The notes beneath the pieces are model-generated. The model was not told the origin of the DNA. It did not search any database and saw nothing but the letters and a program-made list of their open reading frames with translations. Below, piece after piece: positions 1 through 12,724 of a DNA stretch of 64,000 bases. A program made the translations under genes and the position numbers. Each line of letters begins with the position of its first letter. Positions within the stretch are counted from its first letter, which is position 1. The stretch comes from Octopus sinensis (lineage: Eukaryota), in contig NC_043011.1 of the NCBI RefSeq assembly GCF_006345805.1, positions 64,120,464 through 64,184,463 on the forward strand, written 5' to 3'.

Positions 1-39
<39 letters not shown>

Positions 40-626
40 AAGATTATATACGTATGTATCCGTCTGTATAATAGGTAACTGCACGTATATATACTTAATA
101 TTTCTTATTTCTTATTTATTATTTATTATATATTATTTATTATTTTTTGAGTATGCATGTATGAATAACTGCACGTATATATATTTTATTACTTATTCTT
201 TGAGTATGCATGTAAGTATGAACATAAGGAGTGGCGTGTGTGTGTGTGTATGTGTAAGCATAGATTTTTGTATACTTTTACGCATATGTGCACTTATGTG
301 TATATATGGATGCGTGTGTGTGTGTGTGTATGGGTACGCATGTATATGTGTATGTGCGTGTATGTGTATATGTGTATGGATGTGTGTGTGCATATATGTA
401 TATGTATGTATGTATATGTATGTATGTGTATATATATATATATATATGTATGTATATGTATATGTGTATGTGTATGTATTTGTATGTGTATGCATGCGCG
501 TATATGTATGTATATGTATACGTGTGGGTGTGTGTATGTGTGTATATATGTATGTATGTATGGGTGTATGTATGTATGTATGTATGCGGATATGTGTATA
601 TGTATATGTATATGTATATATATGTA

Positions 627-669
<43 letters not shown>

Positions 670-670
670 A

Positions 671-703
<33 letters not shown>

Positions 704-744
704 GTGTATATATATGTATGTATGTATTCGTATGTAGGTGTATA

Positions 745-789
<45 letters not shown>

Positions 790-935
790 ATACATACATA
801 TATGTGTATATGTATATATGAGTATATAGGGACTTGTGTGTTGTGTGTGCATGTGTGTATGTGGATATGTGTGTGTATGTGTGTATGTGTATGTGTGTGT
901 ATGTATATGTATATGCATGTATATGTGTATGTATG

Positions 936-968
<33 letters not shown>

Positions 969-1080
969 GTAGATATATGTATGTATATGTGTGTGTATAT
1001 ATATATATATATATGGGTGTGTGTGTATGTATGTGTGTATGTATATGTGTGTGTGTGTGTATATGTATACATATGTGTAT
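1..1080. repeat. Compound (TA)n/(TG)n/(TATG)n microsatellite tract
   Basis: Alternating purine-pyrimidine repeats; accounts for all I/Y/V/C/H/T-rich ORFs at 32-1201. Confidence 0.95.
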
Positions 1081-1164
1081 AGGTATAAGTGAGAATTTCC
1101 TTATTTACCTAAAACTCTATTCTTCTATATATTTTTATATTTTTTATTCTTTTTTTATTCTTTT

Positions 1165-1451
1165 ATTTATTCTTCTATCTAATATACCACTGACTCCTTG
1201 ACCACTCCCCCAAGTATGATTTTTTTGCGCTATGCCTACCCCCAAAAAGTCCCACACCACCACCCTTATAAACCTGCCTAAATGTATAAATGCCAATACA
1301 ATTCTTGTTAACTAGCTTCCTGAAGATTTCTCTTGAATGAAACAGTTCTAGTCCCGTAGAAGCTCCTTCTATATAATAAATTAATTTTACTCTGCTATGT
1401 ATTGAGTACCTTATTTACTGTGGTTAACCCCGAATCAACCCGGGACCTACA
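1165..1451 (+). mobile_element. Penelope-like pseudo-LTR, family A, copy 1 (carries a hammerhead motif)
   Basis: Clearly similar to 2989-3271; both end ...cccgggacctaca followed by (TA)n; hammerhead core at 1314-1364. Confidence 0.7.
1314..1364 (+). ncRNA. Type I hammerhead ribozyme motif (imperfect stem III)
   Basis: agcttc-CTGAAGA-t ttc tctt gaa t-GAAA-cag...ccGT-A-gaagct; perfect 6-bp stem I, GUA triplet, one stem III mismatch. Confidence 0.6.
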
Positions 1452-1564
1452 AATATATATATATATATATACATACATGCATATATATATATCATTAAAT
1501 GTATATAACGTTCAATAAATTTAGTCATGAGATGAATAAGTAATATTTTACTCTTAAATTTTAG

Positions 1565-1664
1565 GTATGGTGACGGGAGACAATTGTACAAGGAAGGCGA
1601 AACTAGAATGTGATTTTCCTGAAATACTTTTCAAAGATTTCGCTCACGATGATCTATTTTGCAA
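1565..1664 (+). CDS. Six-Cys small-protein paralog 1, exon 2 (GMVTGDNCTRKAKLECDFPEILFKDFAHDDLFCK)
   Basis: ttttag|...|gtatat; 100 nt, phase 1->2, same length, phase and Cys positions as 16702-16801 and 36154-36253. Confidence 0.85.
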
Positions 1665-1815
1665 GTATATATATATAGATAGTTTTTCTATATCTACTTA
1701 TGATTCCGCAATTAATAGCTGAGCAAATAGTCACTGACAAATATGTTGCCTTTCCTTTCACTCTGTGCCTCTGTAAATCATTGTGTCTGGTTTGATAATC
1801 TCTCCAGTCATAGGA

Positions 1816-1851
<36 letters not shown>

Positions 1852-1892
1852 TTTGAATAATCCGTAACAAGATAATTCATTTATCCATTTCA

Positions 1893-1935
<43 letters not shown>

Positions 1936-2988
1936 TATGCATGGTTTCATACAACGTATGTACCTATGTATGTATGCATGTAAGTATATCTGTGGGTGTG
2001 TATATTGCATGGAATTTAAGAACATATTCTTGATAACGTTCAAGTATTAAAAAAAGAAAATTTGAAACAAAATTATGAATTGTATATAAAGTTTACAACA
2101 AAGTAAATCTTCAAACTGCGTGTATTCATGTTTACAGGTTATAACTTTTCAAACACTTAGTGCGCTTAGAGAAGTTTTTCATTATAAATTGTGTTGTCTC
2201 CCGTTGGTTAAATTTCTTATAATTTCTTGGTGTTTTTTTTTCCTTTTGTGTTTTATTTTCTTCCTTCATCTTCACACAAATGATTTTAATTTCATAATTG
2301 TACAAGTGTCGAAATATTTATTATAAGCATCATTTCTAAGCAGCATAAATTGTTGCTGATGAAAATAACGTGCAGCTTAAACGTAGAAAATCCCAAGCCT
2401 GCCAACAATTGCAGCTGAAATGTAGGTTGCATTTCACTGGCCAAAGACGGATTGCAATTCCTGGATAAAAATATGTGCACTACCTGTCTGTTGGCAGGAG
2501 TTATAATGCATATTCTCAGGTGCATGTTACCAAGTTGATAGTAAAATGCAGACGGGCGCCCGGATGGATAGTTACGATCTTCGGATGCGAAGAATAGAAA
2601 ACACGAAGAATGTACACGGGTGGAAATTTTCCAGGAGCTATTCAAGTTACGACTCGCAAATATATTCACCACACAGTGTAAAATTAATGGCGGAACTCGA
2701 AGAAAGCCAGCAAAACTACAAAAAGATGGTTGTCTCAATGTGGCAGGTCAGATCCAAAGTAACGCTGGAGCCGTGTGTGCTTGTGCTTAATGATATATTT
2801 GAGAGAGAGTGAGTCTTGAAAATGGGTTGTTTTTGTGAAATTTACCAGTTCATTTACGAAGAGTAACGAGGTCATTATTACTAAAAATATCTCATTTAAA
2901 TCTGACCTATTTCATCTGAGACACACAATTTTCATAAGGCGATTTCATACGCTGTGGTAAAGTAGATAAAAGAATAAATAAATAAATA

Positions 2989-3269
2989 ATTTATTCTTTT
3001 ATCTACTTTACCACCGATTCCTTTGACCACTCCCCTAAGAAAGATAGTTTGCGCCATGCCTACCCCAAAAGGTCCCCAACCACCACCCCTTTAAACCTGC
3101 CGAAATGTATAAATGCCAAAACTACTCTTGTCACCTAGCTTCCTGATGATTTCTTCTGAATGAAACAGTTCTAGTCCTGTAGAGGCTCCTTCTATAAAAT
3201 AAATTAATTTACTCTGCTATCTATTGAATACCTTATTTACTGTGGTTAACCCCGACTCAACCCGGGACC

Positions 3270-3271
<2 letters not shown>
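2989..3271 (+). mobile_element. Penelope-like pseudo-LTR, family A, copy 2
   Basis: Paralog of 1165-1451; its 5' end is duplicated in inverted orientation (2954-2979); hammerhead at 3137-3187. Confidence 0.7.
3137..3187 (+). ncRNA. Type I hammerhead ribozyme motif
   Basis: agcttc-CTGATGA-t ttc ttct gaa t-GAA-ACAG ttctagtc CTGT-A-gaggct; intact core, 4-bp stem III, stem I with one G-U pair. Confidence 0.7.
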
Positions 3272-3331
<60 letters not shown>

Positions 3332-4357
3332 CACATATATATTCCTTTACCATTCGATTAGTTAGGAAGAAATTATTCGATAAAATGTAACTCCATTGTT
3401 TTCGTTTATTTTTTGCTCATATTTCGGAATTTACAGAAGTGAAAGATCTTGAAGCCGTAGTTTTCAAATATTTCCAGATGCTAACCCGGCGGGATAGAGG
3501 ATGATCCAATGTGTTTGCTATGATCTCTCTTGAATGTTGCATGGTGGCAAAATTAATTGCTTTTACAATATAATTTTATTTGAGATTTGTTTTGCAGTAT
3601 ATGAGAGTTGGTGTCTTACTGTTCATAACTACAAATATTTGGGAGGAGAAGCCATTTTTAAAACAGAAATTTTATATAGGAACTAGTGTAGAAATGATTG
3701 AAGTCATTGTTACAAATTAAACATTGTTTATCTCCACAGACTTTCAGCAAACAATCTACAGTGTCCCCTTACGTGAATTCTTCCAGCGTGAATAATTTTC
3801 CTTGCGTTTACTGTTTTGTATTAGGTTTTCATATTTTTAATTTTGAGGTTTTTAAGAGTACTGGTAGAGTTCTTTTTATAGTGCGGAATATGTTTATTAT
3901 TTCTGGTTTATATGACTTAAAAAAACAATTAGTTTTTTTCTTTATTTTTTTCTTAGGCATCCTCAGTTAGTATGACGTCCATTTTCGTTGCCTCCGTTTT
4001 CTACATACCATATATATTTAGTTGTATTAAGTTATGTTTGGAAGGTGTTGTGTGACGCCCCCAGAGGATGAAGTAGACTAGCCCAATACGTAGATATAGA
4101 GGGAGAAGTCTAGACGTCAAGAGAGCACAGCTGAGAGTAGCAGTAGGAGAGCTGAGACGAGTTGAGTAGAAGGCATCCGAACGTGCAACATAACAAAAGG
4201 TATCATCACTGCCAGCTTAACATTATATATGAACGCCTCGTTATATATGCAAGAGAGCTGCAGGACATTTTTTTACCCCTTATTAGGTGGAGCATTAGCT
4301 GCTCCATAAACAGTTTGCGAGATGGACAGCATTTGATAGCCTAGTTGGTCACGTGAA

Positions 4358-4364
4358 ATGTATA

Positions 4365-4431
<67 letters not shown>

Positions 4432-4563
4432 CTGTGTTTGGGAAGTGTCATTCTCTTTTATAAACTTTTCGTTGCGTCTTGCAACCTCTACAGTCGTCAT
4501 TGGCACTGCCCGTTTTCACAACTGTGATCTTTTAAATATATATATATCTATAAATATATATAT

Positions 4564-4626
<63 letters not shown>

Positions 4627-4634
4627 ATATATAC

Positions 4635-4673
<39 letters not shown>

Positions 4674-4714
4674 TATATATATATAAGTATAAATATATAT
4701 ATATATATATATAA

Positions 4715-4813
<99 letters not shown>

Positions 4814-4814
4814 A

Positions 4815-4910
<96 letters not shown>

Positions 4911-4930
4911 TTATGTATGTATGTATGTAT
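4358..4930. repeat. (TA)n-rich microsatellites
   Basis: Long TA/TACA runs interrupted by about 110 bp of unique sequence. Confidence 0.95.
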
Positions 4931-5171
4931 AGGATACCCTGGCGGATAAACGCTACTACACCTCCTTTGCATTTTGCTGAATAAACCAACACCGTTATAG
5001 AATTTAATTGTTCCTAATGAGCGACAGAATAAATTCCTTGTTAACAAATCATAAAACTTCATAAATTGACTTCAAATAGGAGAGATTTCACTTCTGATAT
5101 TAAAAATATTTTGCCAAACATGAAGCTTTTCTGTATTTAAGTTTTTAATACCTACTTACAATGTCTTGCAG

Positions 5172-5262
5172 ACACTTTGACGCGAGTAGTATATGTTTGC
5201 GAACAATAGACCCACAATGTAGTAATTATTTCGATCTCTTCCATAAAATCAAGAAGTGTAAG
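5172..5262 (+). CDS. Paralog 1, exon 3 (HFDASSICLRTIDPQCSNYFDLFHKIKKCK)
   Basis: gtcttgcag|...AAG|gtaaga; 91 nt, phase 2->0; CL-X6-C...KC pattern shared with 17733-17820 and 39066-39153. Confidence 0.85.
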
Positions 5263-5903
5263 GTAAGATAACTTGTTATTATTGGTCTTATGAAATGTAA
5301 TGTTATTGAACGAAATTATACACCCTTATTTAGTATTCTTAATTTGTAATCTTTCTCTGTATCTCACACAGTACAGATTAAGTGCTAAGTTGATACGGTA
5401 GTTGAAAAATGTATATATTTTATCAATATTAAAATCTGTTGTTTTCATCCAATGTTTGCAAGAATAGAACTGTCACTCGACTTACTGTTCCTCAGTATTT
5501 GGAATTTGAACAACTGATGACCGGTTTATCTCTTTTTTACGCAATGTCTAATTTACCTTTGTAACTTAAAATGTCCCCTGTCCCCACATTCTTCACATTA
5601 TATTTCCGAATGATCTTGAATTTTACCATCCGAAATATAGCTGGAGGAATATGTCAACACACAGTACGGTGAAGGTACGGTACAACAACATTGCTATTTC
5701 CAGACGTTATAATGCTATCTAGTGTGATTTAAAATATCGCATTGAATAACTATTGTCTCTTACTGAATGGTAATAACCTTATTTTTCAGTCTCCCGTAAT
5801 TAAAGAAACGCCAACATTATTGGTACGTAATACCATTTCCTTTAATAATTTCCTGGGATTACATAGTGATACATCTTCAATAAGCTAATATTATCATCAC
5901 TGT

Positions 5904-6138
5904 AAGGCGGCGAGTTGCCAGAAGCGTTAGCATGCCGGGCGATATGCCTGGCGGGGATTTCGTCTGCCGTTACGTTCTGAGTTCAAATTCCGCTAGGTCG
6001 ACTTTGTCTTTCATCCTTTCGGGGTCGATAAAATAAGTACCAGTTACGCACCGGGGTCGATGTAATCGATTTAATCGCTTTGTATGTTCTTGTTTGTCTC
6101 CACTATGTTTAGCCCCTTGTGGTCAATAAAGAAAGAAA
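5904..6138 (+). mobile_element. tRNA-derived SINE, family A, full length
   Basis: Head ggcggcgagttgccagaagcgttag, B box gagttcaaattc, tail ...aataaagaaa; many copies in the window. Confidence 0.9.
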
Positions 6139-7232
6139 TATTATCATCTCTATATTGATACTTATTTTCACAGTAAGAGCTGGTCAGATGAATGTTAAAA
6201 TTACTACAGCTGCATCAGCGATTTCCCTCCAGGCGCTATTCTGTTGCTCGCCAAATTATATTTTCATATTTGATTCCCCATTTATGAAATGTTTGTGGTG
6301 GGCTACATCTAAATTTCCTTTGTAGCATTATTATGTTGTGGTGGGCACTGAATGCCGATTTCTTACTCAAGATATTTTTCAAAGAAACTTTCCACGAATG
6401 CAATTCACATTGCAGAGTTTACGTCATAAAGGAATGTCTTGTGGAAAATGTTTTGAATATTGAGGAAGAGGAATTTCGGATAGTTCCAACACCTCAATCT
6501 CTTTCCTCACAGTTTTCTGAGAAAGTGTTTTTTCCTTATGAAAATGTCAATAAATACATTTCAAACGTCGTCGTATATGATCACAGGAATTTAACAGAGC
6601 CAACGTGAGGCTAATATTTCACATGACATGACTGTATTTTCCTCTACCTTTTGATAACTTAATTATGATGACTAAAATTTTACTTTTGCGAACCACATGC
6701 TTCCTGCTACATTTAACCTTTCAAAAAGTAAGCAAATGTTAGCCGCCTCTGAAATCATGTAGGAAAAATGTATTAAAATTAATGTTTGTGTTGCTTTATC
6801 CACCGAGATTTCATTGAGAGAGTTTAAAATATATTCCGAGATATGACCGTAGGCTAAGTTATCTGAAAGCATTTGTACAAAATTTCATTAAGAAATATGT
6901 AATATTCGGGAAGTTAGGACAGACTTGATTGTAGGTATGACAAATCAACGAAACAAAATGAATAGCACTTCTTTCTTCAGCCTTTGATTTCTTCAAAATC
7001 TCATTATAACGGACGACGTCTGTTTGCGTGTTTTTCACGGTTACACGACTGAGCCAATGGTTACATTGTTTCTCGAGATAACAGGGGAGGTAATCAGGAA
7101 GGCTTCTAGCGAAAAAAATGTGGAAAATATGATTATTGAGTGGAAATTGTGGATAATGGTTCAGTTTACAGCTGTAAAAAAAAATTAAAGGGGAGATAAT
7201 TAATAAAAAAAACAAAGGAAGATAGGTTTACT

Positions 7233-7682
7233 TCTTACTATAAAGGGCGTTATGACCGTCCGTCCGTCCGCCCGTCTGTCTGTTTTCTTTTCACTGTCAA
7301 ACGGCTGGACAAATGAATACGATGTTTTTCGGCTTTACGAAGGTAATAATGAAGAAACAATATGAAAATTAAGTTTTAGTGGCTTTAGATTTTTGTATTA
7401 ATAAATCACTGTTGGTTTTATTTTGTTAAAAATTCCGGCGACGAAGACTAACTCTGGATCTCCTCGCCCCCGAATATTTCGTTATTTCAGTGGGTTTAGA
7501 TTTGCGATAAAACCCCTTTATTTCCCATCGTAGATGGGTAGATTCCCAAAGAATCCGCTCGCGCATTCGCAGCCAACAAGGTACAGGACCTGACTTTAAA
7601 TCTGGTACATGTATTTTTACACATAGTAATATTTACACACGGGGTGTTTATACGTTGCTATTTGTAAAGCAACAGACTCCAG
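7233..7682 (+). mobile_element. Putative non-autonomous Helitron
   Basis: 5' TC then tataaag and (gtcc)/(gtct) repeats; subterminal hairpin gttgct-atttgtaa-agcaac (7654-7673) followed by CCAG|T, a degenerate CTAG. Confidence 0.45.
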
Positions 7683-8382
7683 TAATTTGAAAATTAGTGT
7701 CAACCAAATAGAAAATATCGCCTACAAAGAAGTTGTGTAATCGTGTTGATATTCTCGAAAGGAATGATTCATAATTTAAATAAGGAATATTGTGAACTTT
7801 AAATGCATAAGAGTATAAACAAGTGTAAAATAGTGTAAAGAATTAAATAAAAGTATATCTAAGCAGCATTGTATTTATTACTTTTTATGTAGTGGTCGAA
7901 GGAAGGTCCTAACTTCCGTTAGGAGTGGTCCACATAACCATTAATGATACAGAGTCAGGGAGCCTATTTCAGTTCGAGAGCGAATCGTCATCACCAGTCA
8001 CTCAGTCGCAAACACATGCCACATAACTGCAATAGAATGCGGTACCATCAACGATAATGCGATTTATCTAAGACATCAGCCAGCAATCTATTAAGTCCAT
8101 TTACACATTCCTCAATACATACTACTGTTATGACTTCTCTCCCTGGAGTTAGGCTTCCATCATAGATGGGTAGATTTGATAATACCAATAGTAAAACGAT
8201 AGAGAAAGACAAGCGACACAACTTTGCTAACGATTGAATACAATTATGGTGTGGGGCAACATTTCCATTTCAAGAAGTATAGAAAGAGATGTTAAAAAAC
8301 GCTCTCTCGCAGTGAATTAATATGTCCTGTTGTATCATTTATTTGTTTTAGCTAACTCAAGGTATAGATGTTTTACTTTCAG

Positions 8383-8421
8383 ATAACTCCAGGAACTAAA
8401 TCCTCAATTACCCGAAATAAG
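8383..8421 (+). CDS. Paralog 1, exon 4 (ITPGTKSSITRNK)
   Basis: ttttactttcag|39 nt|gtatgt; only phase 0 is open; ends AATAAG|gta like 21696-21734. Confidence 0.75.
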
Positions 8422-8933
8422 GTATGTAATACCGTTACGGTTAATAATTTGATTGCATAGTGGTTTACCCTCAGTAAACTAACACTATCAATAGATTAAT
8501 ATGTACTGACAGAGCCAGACCTCATCAACAAAATATTAAAATCACTACGACGGCAAACGTGTTACTAAAATACGCGATCCACCACACATTTCTAATTATT
8601 GCCATGAAATTAACTAAATGACATAATTCTGCACATTATAGACATAACAAATACAATAAGATTGATAAATAAGTGAAAGTTGTTCAGTATATTAGAAAAT
8701 ATCTGATCGATGATGTCATTATTATTTGTAGCATTTTGATATACAGATTTTAATAAAAATTAAAGCGAAGACGAAGAAGTTAATAAGATGACGATGTTTG
8801 TACACTTGCCTTAACAAATCCATTGGGAATTATTTAATCAATATAACTGAAATATTCGCAATAAATTACATAGATCAAATTGCATGCAAATCTCTCGACC
8901 CTGATTATTTCAATATCGTTCTATTTTTCGCAG

Positions 8934-8987
8934 GTTAGAACCGAAATGATACTGGCTACAGCAGTTGTTTGTAAACTAAGTAATTAA
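8934..8987 (+). CDS. Paralog 1, terminal exon 5 (VRTEMILATAVVCKLSN*)
   Basis: gttctatttttcgcag acceptor; 17 aa + TAA, same length as 22642-22695 and 44037-44090; AATAAA just downstream. Confidence 0.85.
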   Translation, partial: VRTEMILATAVVCKLSN

Positions 8988-10059
8988 AAATTTCAATAAA
9001 AACAAATCAAAACTGTCCTGCTTTAAATTTTTATTTATCATTTGCATATCGTAGTCATTTTAATGCACGTTTTATGGGCTGGAAACATGAAATTTTAAAA
9101 ATGCATTCCGAATTATAAATGCTTAATCCTGAATATTTTACATGGAAAAGCTGCGTAGTTTCTTATGGTTTCGTTCATTATATATCTAGTTTGATTTATA
9201 CTATTTATAATCTTTTAGCTCTTTCATCTTAACATATTCCATATGTTAATACATACACACACACATATATGATTATTAGTAAGGTTGATTATAAGATCGG
9301 GATTAAATTCGATTTAATAAAGGAATCTATCGCCTTCAATTGAATACCAACGCAGCAAGTTTGCTTGAAATAGTTCACTTTGAAAACGTCGTAGGAGATG
9401 TAAACTTAATGGAATTGCAACGACTAGGATACATATTTGCATACAGAAAATGTGTTATTGCTGCGGTAGAAACATGTTTGTCATTGTTATATATACTATA
9501 GAAAACTTGAGAATAAAATGTTTTGGATGTGAACAAATTATACATGTTTTGACTCTTATTACTAGCAATCCTGGTGGTAACCAGCGCACTTAAAAATTGC
9601 TAAAAGGTCACCCTTATTATTTATAATATTCCCGTTTACCATTTATGAAATCAGCGTATGATTTCCACGGTGATCTTATGAGCTGAAAAGGCGAGTTGAG
9701 TTTAAAAGAACAAGCTCGTAAAAGCCCTTGAAGAGTATTAATGTAAATATTAGATCTTACTACGCCTGGTACTGGGCAGCTTGCCTTCATTGTCAGTCAG
9801 TAGGATGGTGCTAATCGTGGTTATGAGTTATTTTGACTCTTACATCTAGCAATACTGTAACTAACAAGCATCCTTAGAAATTTAGTGCAGGGTCATTCTA
9901 AGCATTGTGCTCTCAGCTAGCTAGTGACAGTATGGTGTGAAAAAACGATACTTTGTACGAAAATTAGCAGCAACCACAAAGTCAAGTATAGTGTGTGATC
10001 TGGAGATTGATATGAGTAAAAAAAAACTTGTTTGATATATATTTTAACAAGTTCGTTCT

Positions 10060-10384
10060 AAAGTGCACGAAAATGGCCGGACAAATTTTGGGAAATTTCA
10101 ATGCAAACATCTGGGAACTATGATGTCTCTATGATGGACATTTGTACTCAGCCGTGTGAACTACTAATTTGAGCTGTTCCACTAACAATGAGACCGGATT
10201 GTGTAAAATTGATAGTAAAATTTGAGGAAGTTTAGCAAATCTACGCAAGGATGACTGCCTCAACAGAGCAGCTGAGCTGCTGAGAGAAACTGAAATTGCT
10301 ACGACTCTACTCTTTGAAACAAAACGGGAGACATATGCAGCAACATACTTATGGAACATATATATGAATATATATATATACATA

Positions 10385-10472
<88 letters not shown>

Positions 10473-11330
10473 CATACATACAGTCCATGCATGGTTGTTT
10501 TAGTAGAAATCTTACAGATGAGAGTAACACTGACAACCAAACAAGTCTATCATGGCCTAATAACCAGACTTCTGCATTCCACATTGAAGGGCGTGCATTT
10601 GCAATCCAGGCAGAAGCGTAGTTCGGGTAGGGCAAGTAGGGCACATGCACCAGGCGCCACTTTGATGGGTGCGCAATTTTTGTGAAGACCATTTACTAAT
10701 TAAGCTATTTCTATGCAAGTTTCCACTGTATGGCTGGGGAAGTTGGCGCAGTTTTGATGCGCTGCTCTGGGCGCCATTTATCCCAGCTACGCTCCTAAAA
10801 CCAGTAACAGGAAATACCATGCAAATGCCTGATGCACAAAAGGATCAAAGATGTAGGAAACACAGTAAAATGTGACAACCGATCTTTGTTGAGTGGGAAC
10901 CGAAGTTAACACCTAATTCATAAGCAGGTTTTCAAAATGTTATCACAGTATCACCCTTCGGCGAAAGATGATATTTTAGCGAGGATACTGTATAAAGAGA
11001 TCTGTCTAAAGGATAACCCGAAGACAAAGAAATACGAACCCACAGTATGGTGGAAGTCATGGCCACTGAGAGTAAAAATTAGTATTGTTGACTGTCCCAA
11101 CAAAATCCTCAGTAAACACAATAGACCAGATATAATAATTTGGGGAGAGAAACTGAACTGTACAGTTGTGAAAAAGAGAATACCTACGCTGGACCACTAA
11201 AAAAAATCTGCAGTTATTTTATATCCAGATAAGATTAGTTTTATGCTTTAATTATTAGGGTTCTGGGATATTTAACACACTGATTAAAACGTTCCACTTA
11301 ATTATATATGACCATATCTATATATGTAAG
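10060..11330 (+). mobile_element. Degenerate RLE-type (R4/NeSL-like) non-LTR retrotransposon 3' fragment, interrupted by (TA)n
   Basis: ORF 10937-11200 has KHNRPDIIIW (PD..D restriction-like endonuclease signature) and DDILARILY; frameshifts and stops upstream. Confidence 0.65.
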
Positions 11331-11489
11331 TATATAGAAGCGAAAGCATGCAGAAAACAAAATTACAAATATGCACCTATACATATATAAATACATAAGT
11401 ACCCTGTTGCTAACTGTGAACAGTTTATTCTAAGAGCCTTCGATCTACGGCAAGAAACCTTCAAATAAAATTAAATAATCCGGTCTATC

Positions 11490-11850
11490 ATAGGCACAAA
11501 GCCTGAAAGTTATGGGGAGGTGATTAGTCGATAACATCGACCCCAGTTTTTCACTGGTACTTCATTTATAGTTCCCGAAGTATGAAAGACAAACTAGATC
11601 TCAGCGGAATTTGAACTCAGTACGTAGCGAATGGCGAAATACCTATTTCTTTACTACCGACCAAGGGCTAAACATAGAGGAGACAAACAAGGACAGACAA
11701 AGGGATTAAGTCGATTATATCGCCACTAGTGCGTAACTGGTACTTATTTAATCGACCCCGAAAGGTTGAAAGGCAAAGTCGACCTCGGCAGAATTTCATC
11801 TCAGTACGTAGCGTATGGCGAAATACCGTTAAACATTTCGTCCAATAAAA
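11490..11850 (-). mobile_element. SINE family A, two fused partial copies
   Basis: Two consecutive matches to the family A body, joined at 11643/11644. Confidence 0.85.
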
Positions 11851-12184
11851 CTAAATGATGACATATATGCATGCGTACCAGTATTTGTGTGTGCGAAATG
11901 AGAAGAAAACATATTTATATGCAGATAATTTATATTATTCGATGATGATGTAAAAGCGGTGTGGAATAATAACGGTAACAACCTTTCATTCGCCATGTAT
12001 TAAATCAGATTTTAACGAAGAGAAAAAAAAACCATAAATTTATTCGATGCATTTAAGAAACTTTCCTACCGTTGACAATTAAATGGATTTTTCTTTATAA
12101 TGCTAGTGAACATTTATTGCCTTTTTAACATCAGAACGCAAAGCAACGTAGATAGAAAACATTCAGTTCCAAAGAATATACACG

Positions 12185-12221
12185 ATGAAACTATACATTT
12201 TCTTTCCTTTTGTACTTATTG
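12185..12221 (+). CDS. Paralog 2, exon 1, signal peptide (MKLYIFFPFVLI-G)
   Basis: cacgATG...ATTG|gtaagt; 37 nt, phase 1; homologous to 31095-31131 including upstream gcaacgt..gaata.a.acgATG. Confidence 0.85.
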
Positions 12222-12277
12222 GTAAGTACCAATAACCCCACTTTATATTCCTTATATATATATATGTACATATATGC

Positions 12278-12336
<59 letters not shown>

Positions 12337-12340
<4 letters not shown>

Positions 12341-12567
12341 CTTTACTGCCCACAAGGGGCTAAACATAGAGGGGACAAACAAGGACAGACAAAGGGATTA
12401 AGTTGATTGCATCAACCCCAGTGCGTAACTGGTACTTAATTTAACGACCCCGAAATGATTTAAAACCAAGTCGACCTCGGCGGAATTTGAACTCAGAACG
12501 TAACGACAGACGAAATACCGCTAAGCATTTCGCTCAGCGCGCTAACGCTTCTGCCAGCTCGCTGCCT
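12337..12567 (-). mobile_element. SINE family A, full length
   Basis: Reverse complement matches 5904-6138 end to end. Confidence 0.9.
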
Positions 12568-12597
12568 CTTATATATATGTACATATGTGTATGTATG

Positions 12598-12655
<58 letters not shown>

Positions 12656-12661
12656 ATATAT

Positions 12662-12724
<63 letters not shown>

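Noticed and set aside
32-1201. Long ORFs of 120-265 aa (also at 4358-5062, 22943-23768, 45395-45790 and elsewhere)
   Set aside because: Translations of (TA)n/(TG)n/(AAT)n/(AAG)n microsatellites, open only because the repeats lack stop codons.
5641-5674. 34-nt exon candidate LEEYVNTQYGE
   Set aside because: Ends in phase 1, incompatible with exon 4, and has no paralogous copy.
6418-6604. Exon-like ORF VYVIKECLVENVLNIEEEEF...EPT; with 2520-2808, 13864-14061 and 15948 it forms a phase-compatible chain
   Set aside because: The joined product is unrecognisable, would interleave two genes on the same strand, and overlaps a likely minus-strand transposon remnant; chance phase agreement is plausible.
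9551-9905. Two similar ~70-bp segments (9551 and 9835) as signal-peptide exons
   Set aside because: No in-frame ATG with a matching donor; just an old local duplication.
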